Source: Rhodospirillaceae bacterium | GTDB lineage: Bacteria; Pseudomonadota; Alphaproteobacteria; Rhodospirillales; Magnetovibrionaceae | Assembly (NCBI GenBank): GCA_029881835.1 | Contig: JAOULV010000001.1 | Location: 1 to 25,003 of the forward strand | Direction of reading: 5' to 3' | DNA: 25,003 nucleotides | Part shown: one piece after another, positions 1 to 7,970 of the stretch | Layout: every line of letters begins with the position of its first letter | Numbering within the stretch: the stretch's first letter is position 1 | The notes under the pieces: model-generated | The model's database searches: none | What the model was told of the DNA's origin: nothing | The model's input: only the letters and a program-made list of their open reading frames with translations | Program-made: the position numbers and the translations under genes

Positions 1-6
1 AAAAAT

Positions 7-36
7 AAAACCCCCGCCAAAATGACGGGGGTTTTT
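7..36 (-). terminator. Rho-independent terminator of the petABC operon (possibly bidirectional)
   Basis: The minus strand reads CCCCCGTC-ATTTT-GGCGGGGG followed by TTTTATTTTT. It lies about 20 nt after the petC stop and has A/T tracts on both sides. Confidence 0.9.
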
Positions 37-56
37 ATTACTACAGCCAATCCAAA

Positions 57-911
57 CTAGTTAGGACGCTTGTTCTTGTTAATTTCCGTTTCAAATTTTT
101 CCACATAGGGGCCATGGGTGTATTCATCCAGGCATATGCGGTTCCAGATGCGGCGTTTTAACACATAGAACATGGCGGTAAGGATCATCAGATACAACAT
201 TACCTTTACCCCCAAACGCTTTCTTTCTTCCAGTTCGGGGTTTGATGCCCAAGCCAAGAAACCGGCAATGTCTTTGGCGTGCTGGTCAAGCGTTGCTTCG
301 GTGCCATCTTCATATTCCACCGCTTCATCAAACAATGGCTGGGCCATAAATATTTGGTGTCCGGGGAAATATTTGTTGTAGTAGGTGCCTTCGGACAATT
401 CAAAGCCTTCGGGGGCTTCTTCCATATATCCGGTCATCAAGCCATATATATAATTGGCGCCACCAGCTCGGGCTTTGGTGATAACCGAAAGGTCAGGCGG
501 GAATGCGCCGCCGTTGGCAGAGCGTGCGGCCTTTTCGTTGGCAAACGGTTTTACAATTCGGTCTGACAAGCGTGCCGGACGCAAAAACATTTCACCTTCA
601 TCGTTGGGGCCGTCTTCTACTTCGTATTCGGAAGCTATGGATTTAGCCTCGTCCTCGCTAAAGCCGATATCCAATAAATTGCGGTAATAGACCATTTCAA
701 TGGAATGGCATCCGGCACAAACCCCAAAATAAATGCTGGCACCGCGTTTTAATTGGGCATGGTCGAAGCTGCCAAAAATTCCCTCATAGCCCCATTTGTA
801 GTCGGGCAGCGGTTCTGCCTCGCTCTCTGCGGCCATGGTTTTGCCAGGTGCCATAAAAAAAGCAAAGGATGCCACCAACACAGCGCTAATTATTATATTA
901 CGGTTGCGCAT
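57..911 (-). CDS. petC: cytochrome c1 (bc1 complex)
   Basis: N-terminal signal peptide, CAGCH heme motif, ANGGAFPPDLSVITKAR motif and C-terminal TM anchor. Start moved to ATG 911 (MRNRN), just after the petB stop. Confidence 0.97.
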   Translation of the reverse strand: MRNRNIIISAVLVASFAFFMAPGKTMAAESEAEPLPDYKWGYEGIFGSFDHAQLKRGASIYFGVCAGCHSIEMVYYRNLLDIGFSEDEAKSIASEYEVEDGPNDEGEMFLRPARLSDRIVKPFANEKAARSANGGAFPPDLSVITKARAGGANYIYGLMTGYMEEAPEGFELSEGTYYNKYFPGHQIFMAQPLFDEAVEYEDGTEATLDQHAKDIAGFLAWASNPELEERKRLGVKVMLYLMILTAMFYVLKRRIWNRICLDEYTHGPYVEKFETEINKNKRPN

Positions 912-915
912 TGGC

Positions 916-2142
916 TTAATCCTCCTTGGTGCGGCATTTTTTAGCCACTTCTTCGAATATGCTAACAGGCAATTGTTTTGGTTTTTCAAATCTGCCAACC
1001 AGCGGCAAGACAAGGAAAAATAGGAAATAATAAGCGGTCGAAAGGCGACCCATTATCAGGTAAGCGCCTTCAGCCGGTTTTTGTCCAAGCCAGCCAAGGA
1101 ACAGTGCGTTGGCAACAAAAATCCAGAACAATTGTTTGTAAATCGGGCGATAGGTCGCCGAACGAACTTTTGAGGTATCCAGCCACGGCAGGACATACAA
1201 AACCAATATCCCTGCGGCCATGGCAAGTACGCCGCCCAATTTATCCGGGATCGCCCTTAGAATCGCGTAAAACGGCAAGAAGTACCATTCCGGCACAATG
1301 TGCGGCGGGGTAACCATTGGGTTGGCCGGGATGTAGTTATCCGGGTGGCCAAGGAAGTCCGGGGCAAAGAAAACAAAGAACGAAAAGAACATGAAGAAAA
1401 TGCCAAGTCCGAACAAATCCTTGATGGTGTAAAACGGATGAAACGGCATCATGTCGGCCGGGCTTTTGATTTCAATTCCCAGCGGGTTGTTGGATTTATG
1501 AATGTGTAGCGCCCACATATGAACCACAACCAGACCGAGGATAACCGCCGGTAACAAATAATGCCAAACAAAGAACCGGTTGATGGTCGGCGCATCAACC
1601 GAAAAACCGCCCCAAATCCACACAACGATATATTCGCCGATAACCGGAAGAGCGGAAAACAGGTTGGTAATAACGGTAGCGCCCCAGAAGCTCATTTGTC
1701 CCCAAGGAAGCACATAACCCATAAACGCGGTCGCCATCATTACAACATAAATGGTAACGCCAATCATCCACAGCAGTTCCCGCGGGGCTTTGTATGAACC
1801 AAAATATAGCCCACGGAACATATGAATATAGACCACGATAAAGAACATGGAAGCACCGTTCATATGCAGGTTGCGAAGCAACCAGCCATAATTCACGTCA
1901 CGGACAATGCGCTCAACGCTTTGGAAAGCAACATCGGTATGGGGTTGATAGTTCATGGCAAGGAAAATGCCGGTAACAATCATAATAACCAGAACGATCC
2001 CGGCAATGGAGCCATAGTTCCACCAGTAATTCAGGTTTTTTGGCGTCGGATAAGAAACAAGGTTTTCATCTGAATAGCTGAAAATAGGAAGACGTTCGTC
2101 AATCCACATCAGTAAACGATTGTTGGTTTGCATACGTTTCAT
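916..2142 (-). CDS. petB: cytochrome b (bc1 complex)
   Basis: 408 aa with the PEWY Qo motif, [14 protein letters not shown], and four heme-ligand His in [17 protein letters not shown] and [17 protein letters not shown]. Confidence 0.99.
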   Translation of the reverse strand: MKRMQTNNRLLMWIDERLPIFSYSDENLVSYPTPKNLNYWWNYGSIAGIVLVIMIVTGIFLAMNYQPHTDVAFQSVERIVRDVNYGWLLRNLHMNGASMFFIVVYIHMFRGLYFGSYKAPRELLWMIGVTIYVVMMATAFMGYVLPWGQMSFWGATVITNLFSALPVIGEYIVVWIWGGFSVDAPTINRFFVWHYLLPAVILGLVVVHMWALHIHKSNNPLGIEIKSPADMMPFHPFYTIKDLFGLGIFFMFFSFFVFFAPDFLGHPDNYIPANPMVTPPHIVPEWYFLPFYAILRAIPDKLGGVLAMAAGILVLYVLPWLDTSKVRSATYRPIYKQLFWIFVANALFLGWLGQKPAEGAYLIMGRLSTAYYFLFFLVLPLVGRFEKPKQLPVSIFEEVAKKCRTKED

Positions 2143-2150
2143 TGTTTATC

Positions 2151-2729
2151 TCAACCTATCACAATGGATGTTTCATCGGTGAATGTGTATTCCGGGATCG
2201 CCAGATTAAATGGCGCCGGGCCTTTGCGAACCCGTCCGGATGAATCGTAGTGCGATCCGTGGCAGGGGCAGAACCAACCGCCAAAGTCGCCTTTTTTGTC
2301 ACCAAGTTTTTGCCCTGATGGAATGCAACCAAGATGGGTGCAAACGCCAACAGCGACAAGCCATTCAGGTTTTTGTACCCGTTCGCTGTCTGTCTGTTTG
2401 TCGCGTAGCTCATCAAGGCTAACTTCATTAGCCGCAGCAATTTCTTCTTCGGTACGATGACGAATAAACACAGGTTTGCCGCGCCACATAACGGTTACTG
2501 CTTGGCCGACCTCAATCGCTGAAAGATCAACATCGGTTGACGCCAAGGCCAAAACGTCTTTGGCGGGGTTGATTGAATGAATAAAAGGCCACATCGCCAT
2601 ACCCACACCGGCAACACCTAATGCGGTGGTTGACATAAGCAAAAAGTCACGCCTTGGCGCGCTTTCTATTTCATCGGCAATTTGTTCGGCTGTTGCGCCT
2701 GCGGGGGCGGTATTGGAATTGTCAGACAT
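2151..2729 (-). CDS. petA: Rieske iron-sulfur subunit of bc1
   Basis: RRDFL Tat motif plus TM helix, and CTHLGCIP and CPCHGSHYD boxes. Start ATG 2729 is preceded by AGAAAGG. Confidence 0.98.
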   Translation of the reverse strand: MSDNSNTAPAGATAEQIADEIESAPRRDFLLMSTTALGVAGVGMAMWPFIHSINPAKDVLALASTDVDLSAIEVGQAVTVMWRGKPVFIRHRTEEEIAAANEVSLDELRDKQTDSERVQKPEWLVAVGVCTHLGCIPSGQKLGDKKGDFGGWFCPCHGSHYDSSGRVRKGPAPFNLAIPEYTFTDETSIVIG

Positions 2730-2795
2730 TTTGCTGCCTTTCTGCATTAATTACTTGGCCGCTGGTTTATGGGCTATAACTTTGATGGTATTGGC

Positions 2796-2824
2796 CACAT
2801 AAAGCCCCCGAAGGGTACCGTCAA
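2796..2824 (-). promoter_or_regulatory. putative sigma70 promoter of petABC
   Basis: The minus strand has TTGACG-N17-TATGTG about 65 nt upstream of the petA ATG. The -10 element is weak. Confidence 0.45.
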
Positions 2825-2852
2825 GGCCTGTTCCAGGCTAGTCAATTTGCCG

Positions 2853-2871
2853 TTGATTTAGCCTAATTCAA
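2853..2871. promoter_or_regulatory. near-perfect inverted repeat, candidate regulator site
   Basis: TTGATTTAG-C-CTAATTCAA has 9-bp arms with one mismatch and lies upstream of the putative pet -35. Confidence 0.35.
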
Positions 2872-3024
2872 CACCATACACAATGGGGCATACTTCGGTG
2901 TTTGTTGGTATAAAACATTATTGTGGCAGGGAAAAGTGAAAATATTATATTTTACTAATATATTTATCACGGCATAACTGATTATAAATAAACAAATAAT
3001 TGATAATTAACTGGCGTCAAATAC

Positions 3025-3477
3025 ATGAAAATAGCCTTATTCCAACCGGATATCCCCCAAAACGCAGGAACCATCATCCGCACTGCGGCCTGCCTTGGTG
3101 TGGGGGTGGATTTGATAGAGCCTCTGGGGTTCGTGCTATCGGATAAACACCTTAAACGTGCGGGCATGGATTACCTGAATATGGCCCATGTCGAACGCCA
3201 CAATTCGTGGCAGACGTTCATGGCCAGCCGGGAAACGGCCCCCGGCAGGTTGGTTTTGCTTACCACCGGGGCAAATACCCCTTACACGGATTTTGAATTT
3301 TCCATTGATGACACAATTTTGCTGGGGTCGGAAAGTTCCGGGGTGCCGGACTTTGTCCATCAAAGCGTGGACGCAAGGCTGATTATACCAATGTCGGGCA
3401 ACGCAAGGTCACTAAACGTTGCTATCGCGGGCGCAATGGTGCTGGGCGAAGCGTTGCGCCAAAGCGCAAATAATTAA
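3025..3477 (+). CDS. trmL: tRNA (cytidine(34)-2'-O)-methyltransferase, SPOUT family
   Basis: 150 aa with LFQPDIPQNAGTIIR, LLGSESSGVP and IPMSGNARSLNVA motifs; divergent from petA. Confidence 0.93.
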   Translation: MKIALFQPDIPQNAGTIIRTAACLGVGVDLIEPLGFVLSDKHLKRAGMDYLNMAHVERHNSWQTFMASRETAPGRLVLLTTGANTPYTDFEFSIDDTILLGSESSGVPDFVHQSVDARLIIPMSGNARSLNVAIAGAMVLGEALRQSANN

Positions 3478-3481
3478 ATTA

Positions 3482-4516
3482 TCAATCGTGGCGAATAAGC
3501 CACCAGTGCATCAAAGTCCAAATTAGCGCCAACGCTGAAATCGCAATTATGCCCGCGGTTACTGCAATGTCGAAAGTATTGGAAAGCGGGATATGATAAT
3601 ATTGTGATGGCGAAGACCCCGACACCCAGACATAACGTTCAATCCATGTTCCTAAAATAACGCAAAAACCAACCATCATTATAACGCTTGGGCTGTGGCG
3701 CATTCTTTTAAACAAGAACAAGCTAAAGGGTATGAAAAATTTCAAAACAAGGAAGGTCATGCCCAGCAACATATAGCCCTCGTCAATCATGCGCCAGTAA
3801 CGCTCCATATCGGTTGGCAGGCGCCCGTACCACATGATTAGGTACTGGGTGAAATAAAAATAAACCCACATGATGCTCATGGCTAAAATGAACTGCGCCA
3901 AGTAATTGTAAATTTTAGGATCAAATACACGGGTCAAGCGGCCGGAACGGTCCAAAATAAACAACATTAAGACAAAAAATCCCAAAAAACCATGAAAGGC
4001 ACTTTGCAGTTGGTACGCACCATATGATGCGCTGTGCCAACCCGGCTCTAGCGTCATTTCAAAATCCCACGCAATCATGGTGCCATAAATTATGTAAGCA
4101 AACGGCATTATCACCGCTAGCTTGCCAAACATTTTAGGGCGATGTTTTTCTCTATCTGCTTCGGAAACGTACTGGCACCTTATGGCCGCGACCGAAAGAC
4201 CGGCAACAATCAAAAAACCGATAATCTGACGGGCCACAAGAAATGAATAATTGTGCCATCCCGGTAAGTGCGCTTCTTCGGCGTGCGCATTTTTAAGCCA
4301 AGGGAAAGTCATTTCCCCGTTTAGCAATAAAATTAAAAGCAAAATAAACGCTATGGGAAACAGCGATGTAACGGCACCGGAAAGAAAACGTATTTGCACG
4401 CGCCATTTGCCCCCGGCAAGATGCAAAATAACCGGAAACAAGGCTCCGGAAAGCGCCAAGTAAAGAACGATAAGAAAATTAGTTGTCAGTACGGACCAGC
4501 TGCCAAAATCTTCCAT
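3482..4516 (-). CDS. actF: alternative complex III subunit ActF (NrfD-like polytopic membrane protein)
   Basis: 344 aa with many TM helices and the segments WDFEMTLEPGWHSASYG and YLIMWYGRLP. Last gene of the act cluster; start ATG 4516. Confidence 0.85.
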   Translation of the reverse strand: MEDFGSWSVLTTNFLIVLYLALSGALFPVILHLAGGKWRVQIRFLSGAVTSLFPIAFILLLILLLNGEMTFPWLKNAHAEEAHLPGWHNYSFLVARQIIGFLIVAGLSVAAIRCQYVSEADREKHRPKMFGKLAVIMPFAYIIYGTMIAWDFEMTLEPGWHSASYGAYQLQSAFHGFLGFFVLMLFILDRSGRLTRVFDPKIYNYLAQFILAMSIMWVYFYFTQYLIMWYGRLPTDMERYWRMIDEGYMLLGMTFLVLKFFIPFSLFLFKRMRHSPSVIMMVGFCVILGTWIERYVWVSGSSPSQYYHIPLSNTFDIAVTAGIIAISALALIWTLMHWWLIRHD

Positions 4517-4520
4517 TTTC

Positions 4521-5102
4521 TCATTCCCCCTTTGGCGCAGGCATGGCTTGGGCCATGGCGGCATCTTTTGCCAGTTGGTGTTTTACATAATTTACCACAT
4601 GCCAGCGCTCTTCCACCGACAGGTCGTTTGATCCGCGCAGTTCCCCGTTCATGTCACCGGCCTGACCATAGGGCGGCATAATCGCGCTACCAAAAGTTAT
4701 GGTTCCAAAAATCCATCCATCGGTAAAATCTTCCATGAAATCTGGATCGGTTAAATCCGGCGCGCCAATTTTTTCCGCAACCGGGCTTTCGCCGCGCCCC
4801 GTAAGCCCGTGGCAACCACCGCAATAAATTCTAAAAAGCACACGCCCTTGGGTAAAGGATTGTTGCGTTGGCGCTATGGGGTTGGCAATTCCATCGGTCG
4901 CTTCGCGGTCCGTATATTCGGTTGGAATACCGGTTACGGGAACCGAGCGCGATGGGTAAGGCGTGGTTTTTTCCTGCGGCTTTATTGATACCTGATTGAC
5001 CATATCTTTTGACCACGGCCACGCGTGGGCGTTATGCGGCAATAGCAAAACTGCGCCAAAGCCGACAAACGAATAAATCAAATATTTAAAAGGAGATTTC
5101 AT
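4521..5102 (-). CDS. actE: alternative complex III monoheme cytochrome c ActE
   Basis: Signal peptide ending AHA, single CGGCH, distal Met in IMPPY, and position between actD and actF. ATGA overlap with actD. Confidence 0.88.
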   Translation of the reverse strand: MKSPFKYLIYSFVGFGAVLLLPHNAHAWPWSKDMVNQVSIKPQEKTTPYPSRSVPVTGIPTEYTDREATDGIANPIAPTQQSFTQGRVLFRIYCGGCHGLTGRGESPVAEKIGAPDLTDPDFMEDFTDGWIFGTITFGSAIMPPYGQAGDMNGELRGSNDLSVEERWHVVNYVKHQLAKDAAMAQAMPAPKGE

Positions 5103-5644
5103 TGTGCGTTCTCCTCAAAAATATCAATTACCCGGTGCTTAGCAAAAAGATCGCGAACCTGTTGGCGTTGGGTGTCATCAACCCGTTCAACCACAATGCC
5201 AATTTGATCAAGACTAACCGCATGGTCATAAAATGGACCGCGTTTGCGCATCAATCTGGCACCGATAATAAAACCGATAAGGGTCGCCAAAACACCAAAC
5301 AAAATTAGCATTTCATATGCCAACACCAGGTTTGATGGAATGGTTATCACCGGCTTGCCGCCTTGGGGTTGCACGGTAAAGTTGGCTTGCGCACCGGCAA
5401 GAAAGAAGAACCCGAATATAAGACCGAACAATCCGCCGACGAAGGCAAATTTTGGAATGTTGGTTGGGCGTTCGCCCAGCACGTCTTCAATTTCGGGATG
5501 TTCAATTGGTGATTTTATACGAACATCATCAACCGTAATTCCCGGAACTTCGTAACGGCGGATACCGGCTATTACTTCAAATGCTTGTTCAAAATCTGCG
5601 AACAGTCCGAATATGCGGTGGGTTGGTGCTGTATGATTTGCCAT
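5099..5644 (-). CDS. actD: alternative complex III subunit ActD (DUF3341-like)
   Basis: 181 aa with two TM helices and the segments SPIEHPEIEDVLG and LAYEMLILFGVLAT. Start ATG 5644, directly after the actC stop. Confidence 0.88.
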   Translation of the reverse strand: MANHTAPTHRIFGLFADFEQAFEVIAGIRRYEVPGITVDDVRIKSPIEHPEIEDVLGERPTNIPKFAFVGGLFGLIFGFFFLAGAQANFTVQPQGGKPVITIPSNLVLAYEMLILFGVLATLIGFIIGARLMRKRGPFYDHAVSLDQIGIVVERVDDTQRQQVRDLFAKHRVIDIFEENAQ

Positions 5645-5645
5645 T

Positions 5646-7094
5646 TCAAGACCCCCCATTTTTTGTCGAGCCGGCTTCAACGGCCGTGGGTGCACCTTTG
5701 TGCAGAACCATCATTTCATCAACGTCTTCATAAATTGTGCGTTTGCGATGAAAGACCATTTCCTTGACTTCATACATGGAAACACAAGGAAATACTTTTA
5801 CGAAAATAAGGAACAGCATTCCAAACCAGCCAAAGCTACCGCCGACCATTGCCCATTCAACCCAGCCGGGCCACATTATGTTCCAGCCCCACGGATGGTA
5901 TGACATGGACAGGGTAGGGGTTACGATCATCCAGCGTTCCAGCCACATACCAACGTTTAGTAATACCGATACAACAAACAATAACTTCATGTTGCGCCTG
6001 ACCCATTTAGACAAAAGCGCAAATGGTAAAAACATGCCAAACGCAATCATGCCCCAGAAGAACGGTGCATAGGGGCCATAGGCTTTTGCTAACAGAACTT
6101 CTTTGGATGGGATGTCATGGCCGTACCAAACGGAAGCAAACTCAACCAAGTTTAGATAAGACCAAACCATGGCGATAACAAATGTCAGCTTGCAGACCTT
6201 ATCCAAAATGGGGAACGTCATGTATTCTTCAAATTTGAAAAAATACCTGAGCAAAATAAACAGCGTAATAATGGCGGCACAGCCGGAATAAAGCGCACCG
6301 GCAACAAAATATGGCGGGAAGGTCGTAACGTGCCAGCCTGGCATAATAGCCATGGCAAAATCCATCGAAACAATTGAATGAACCGAAACCGCCAGCGGAA
6401 TAAGGAAACACGCAATCATAAGGTAGGTAATGCGGAAATTGCGCCATTGCCTGTCATCACCGTGCCAGCCGAGCGATAGCCAGGTATAAAGTTTTTTGCG
6501 CCAGCCGGTTGTGTTGTCGCGGCAAATCGCCAAATCGGGTATCATGCCGATATACAGAAACAAAACCGATGACGTTAGGTAAGTGGTGATGGCAAACGCA
6601 TCCCAAATTAGGGGTGAGCGGAAATTGGGCCAAATACCGCGATCGGTCATATAAGGCATAACCCAATAAAAGTTCCATACCCTTCCTAAATGAATGACCG
6701 GGAATATGCCCGCGGTCATAAGTGAAAACGTGGTCATGGCTTCGGCAAAGCGGTATATGGGCTTGCGCCAATCGGCATGAACCAAGTGCAAAATAGCCGA
6801 AAGAAGGGTGCCGGAATGGCTCATCCCGATCCAGAAAACGAAGGTGGAAATATATAAATCCCACATATGCGAGGTGTTAAGCAGGGCCGGGCCCATGCCG
6901 TAAATATATTGATAAACCTCGGCATAAATCATCACGCTAAACAGGGCCACAGAAATTGCCATCGCAATCCAATAGCCGCGGCGCGGATTTTCCATTGAAC
7001 GCAAAACGTCCCGGTTGATTTTGGCCCAAGCGATATTTTCATCAATATCTTTTGTTTGGGTTTCGCTTAAATGTTTAAGTGCGGCTTCGCTCAT
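5646..7094 (-). CDS. actC: alternative complex III quinol-binding subunit ActC (NrfD/PsrC family)
   Basis: 482 aa with FVFWIGMSHSGTLLSAIL, IHLGR, NFRSPLIWD, SVHSIVSMDFA and PPYFVAGALYSG motifs. Confidence 0.95.
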   Translation of the reverse strand: MSEAALKHLSETQTKDIDENIAWAKINRDVLRSMENPRRGYWIAMAISVALFSVMIYAEVYQYIYGMGPALLNTSHMWDLYISTFVFWIGMSHSGTLLSAILHLVHADWRKPIYRFAEAMTTFSLMTAGIFPVIHLGRVWNFYWVMPYMTDRGIWPNFRSPLIWDAFAITTYLTSSVLFLYIGMIPDLAICRDNTTGWRKKLYTWLSLGWHGDDRQWRNFRITYLMIACFLIPLAVSVHSIVSMDFAMAIMPGWHVTTFPPYFVAGALYSGCAAIITLFILLRYFFKFEEYMTFPILDKVCKLTFVIAMVWSYLNLVEFASVWYGHDIPSKEVLLAKAYGPYAPFFWGMIAFGMFLPFALLSKWVRRNMKLLFVVSVLLNVGMWLERWMIVTPTLSMSYHPWGWNIMWPGWVEWAMVGGSFGWFGMLFLIFVKVFPCVSMYEVKEMVFHRKRTIYEDVDEMMVLHKGAPTAVEAGSTKNGGS

Positions 7095-7097
7095 GGT

Positions 7098-7967
7098 TTA
7101 TTCCTCCCGCACACGTTCAAGGTAAAGGACCGAAGGGTCGGTATTTAGTTCTTCAAATATGCGATATCCCCGCAAAGTCGGGTTTTCCCTGTCTTGTTTA
7201 TACTTGCCCAGCTTTATTTGCTGGCGCACCCATGCTTGGGTAACCTTGCTTTCGGGGTTTAGCAGATCGCCAAACATAATTGCCTGGGTCGGGCAGGTTT
7301 GCTGGCAAGCGGTTTTTACTTCACCTTCGGTGACCTGACGATTTTCCATTTTTGCCTTGTCTTTGGCGGCATTAATGCGCTGGATGCAGAATGTGCATTT
7401 TTCCATGACGCCTTTTTCACGCACGCTAATATCCGGGTTTAGCTGTTGCTTCATCGGTTCGGGCCATGCGCCGTTTTCATCGGTATAAGAATAAAAATTA
7501 AACACCCGCAAACGATAGGGGCAGTTGTTGGCGCAATAACGCGAACCGATACAACGGTTATAAATCTGCGCGTTAAGGCCATCGGGCGTATGATAAGTTG
7601 CCGCCACCGGGCAAACCGGCTCGCAAGTTGCCGCATTACATTGTTGGCACATCATCGGCAAAAATGATGCACCGCGTTCTTGCATGGCGTTTTCATCATC
7701 TATTGCGCCGGGGTCAATATCGGGTTCATCAAAATATCTTTCAACCCGCAGCCATTGCATTGATTGGCGGGCAACGTATTTTTCTTCACCCACGGTAGCT
7801 ATGTTGTTTTCTGCATAGCACGCCACCGAACAGGCATTGCATCCGGTGCATTTATCAAGATCGATAACCATGCCCCACATATGTTCATATTCGTGATGGC
7901 CACCTTCTTCGATGCCTTTGGTGTAATCGGTCCAGCCTTTTAATATATTTCCGAATAGAGATGACAT
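7098..7967 (-). CDS. actB2: alternative complex III Fe-S subunit ActB2
   Basis: WGMVIDLDKCTGCNACSVAC, CQQCNAATCEPVCP, CIGSRYCANNCP (3Fe-4S type) and KCTFCIQR...CQQTCP. Own GAAGGAGG RBS and no signal peptide. Confidence 0.92.
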   Translation of the reverse strand: MSSLFGNILKGWTDYTKGIEEGGHHEYEHMWGMVIDLDKCTGCNACSVACYAENNIATVGEEKYVARQSMQWLRVERYFDEPDIDPGAIDDENAMQERGASFLPMMCQQCNAATCEPVCPVAATYHTPDGLNAQIYNRCIGSRYCANNCPYRLRVFNFYSYTDENGAWPEPMKQQLNPDISVREKGVMEKCTFCIQRINAAKDKAKMENRQVTEGEVKTACQQTCPTQAIMFGDLLNPESKVTQAWVRQQIKLGKYKQDRENPTLRGYRIFEELNTDPSVLYLERVREE

Positions 7968-7970
7968 GTA

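Noticed and set aside
2941-2965. Similarity between AT-rich tracts upstream of pet and act (ATATTAGT, ATATAATATTT)
   Set aside because: The tracts are low complexity, differ in spacing and lie in opposite orientation relative to the operons, so the match is probably chance.
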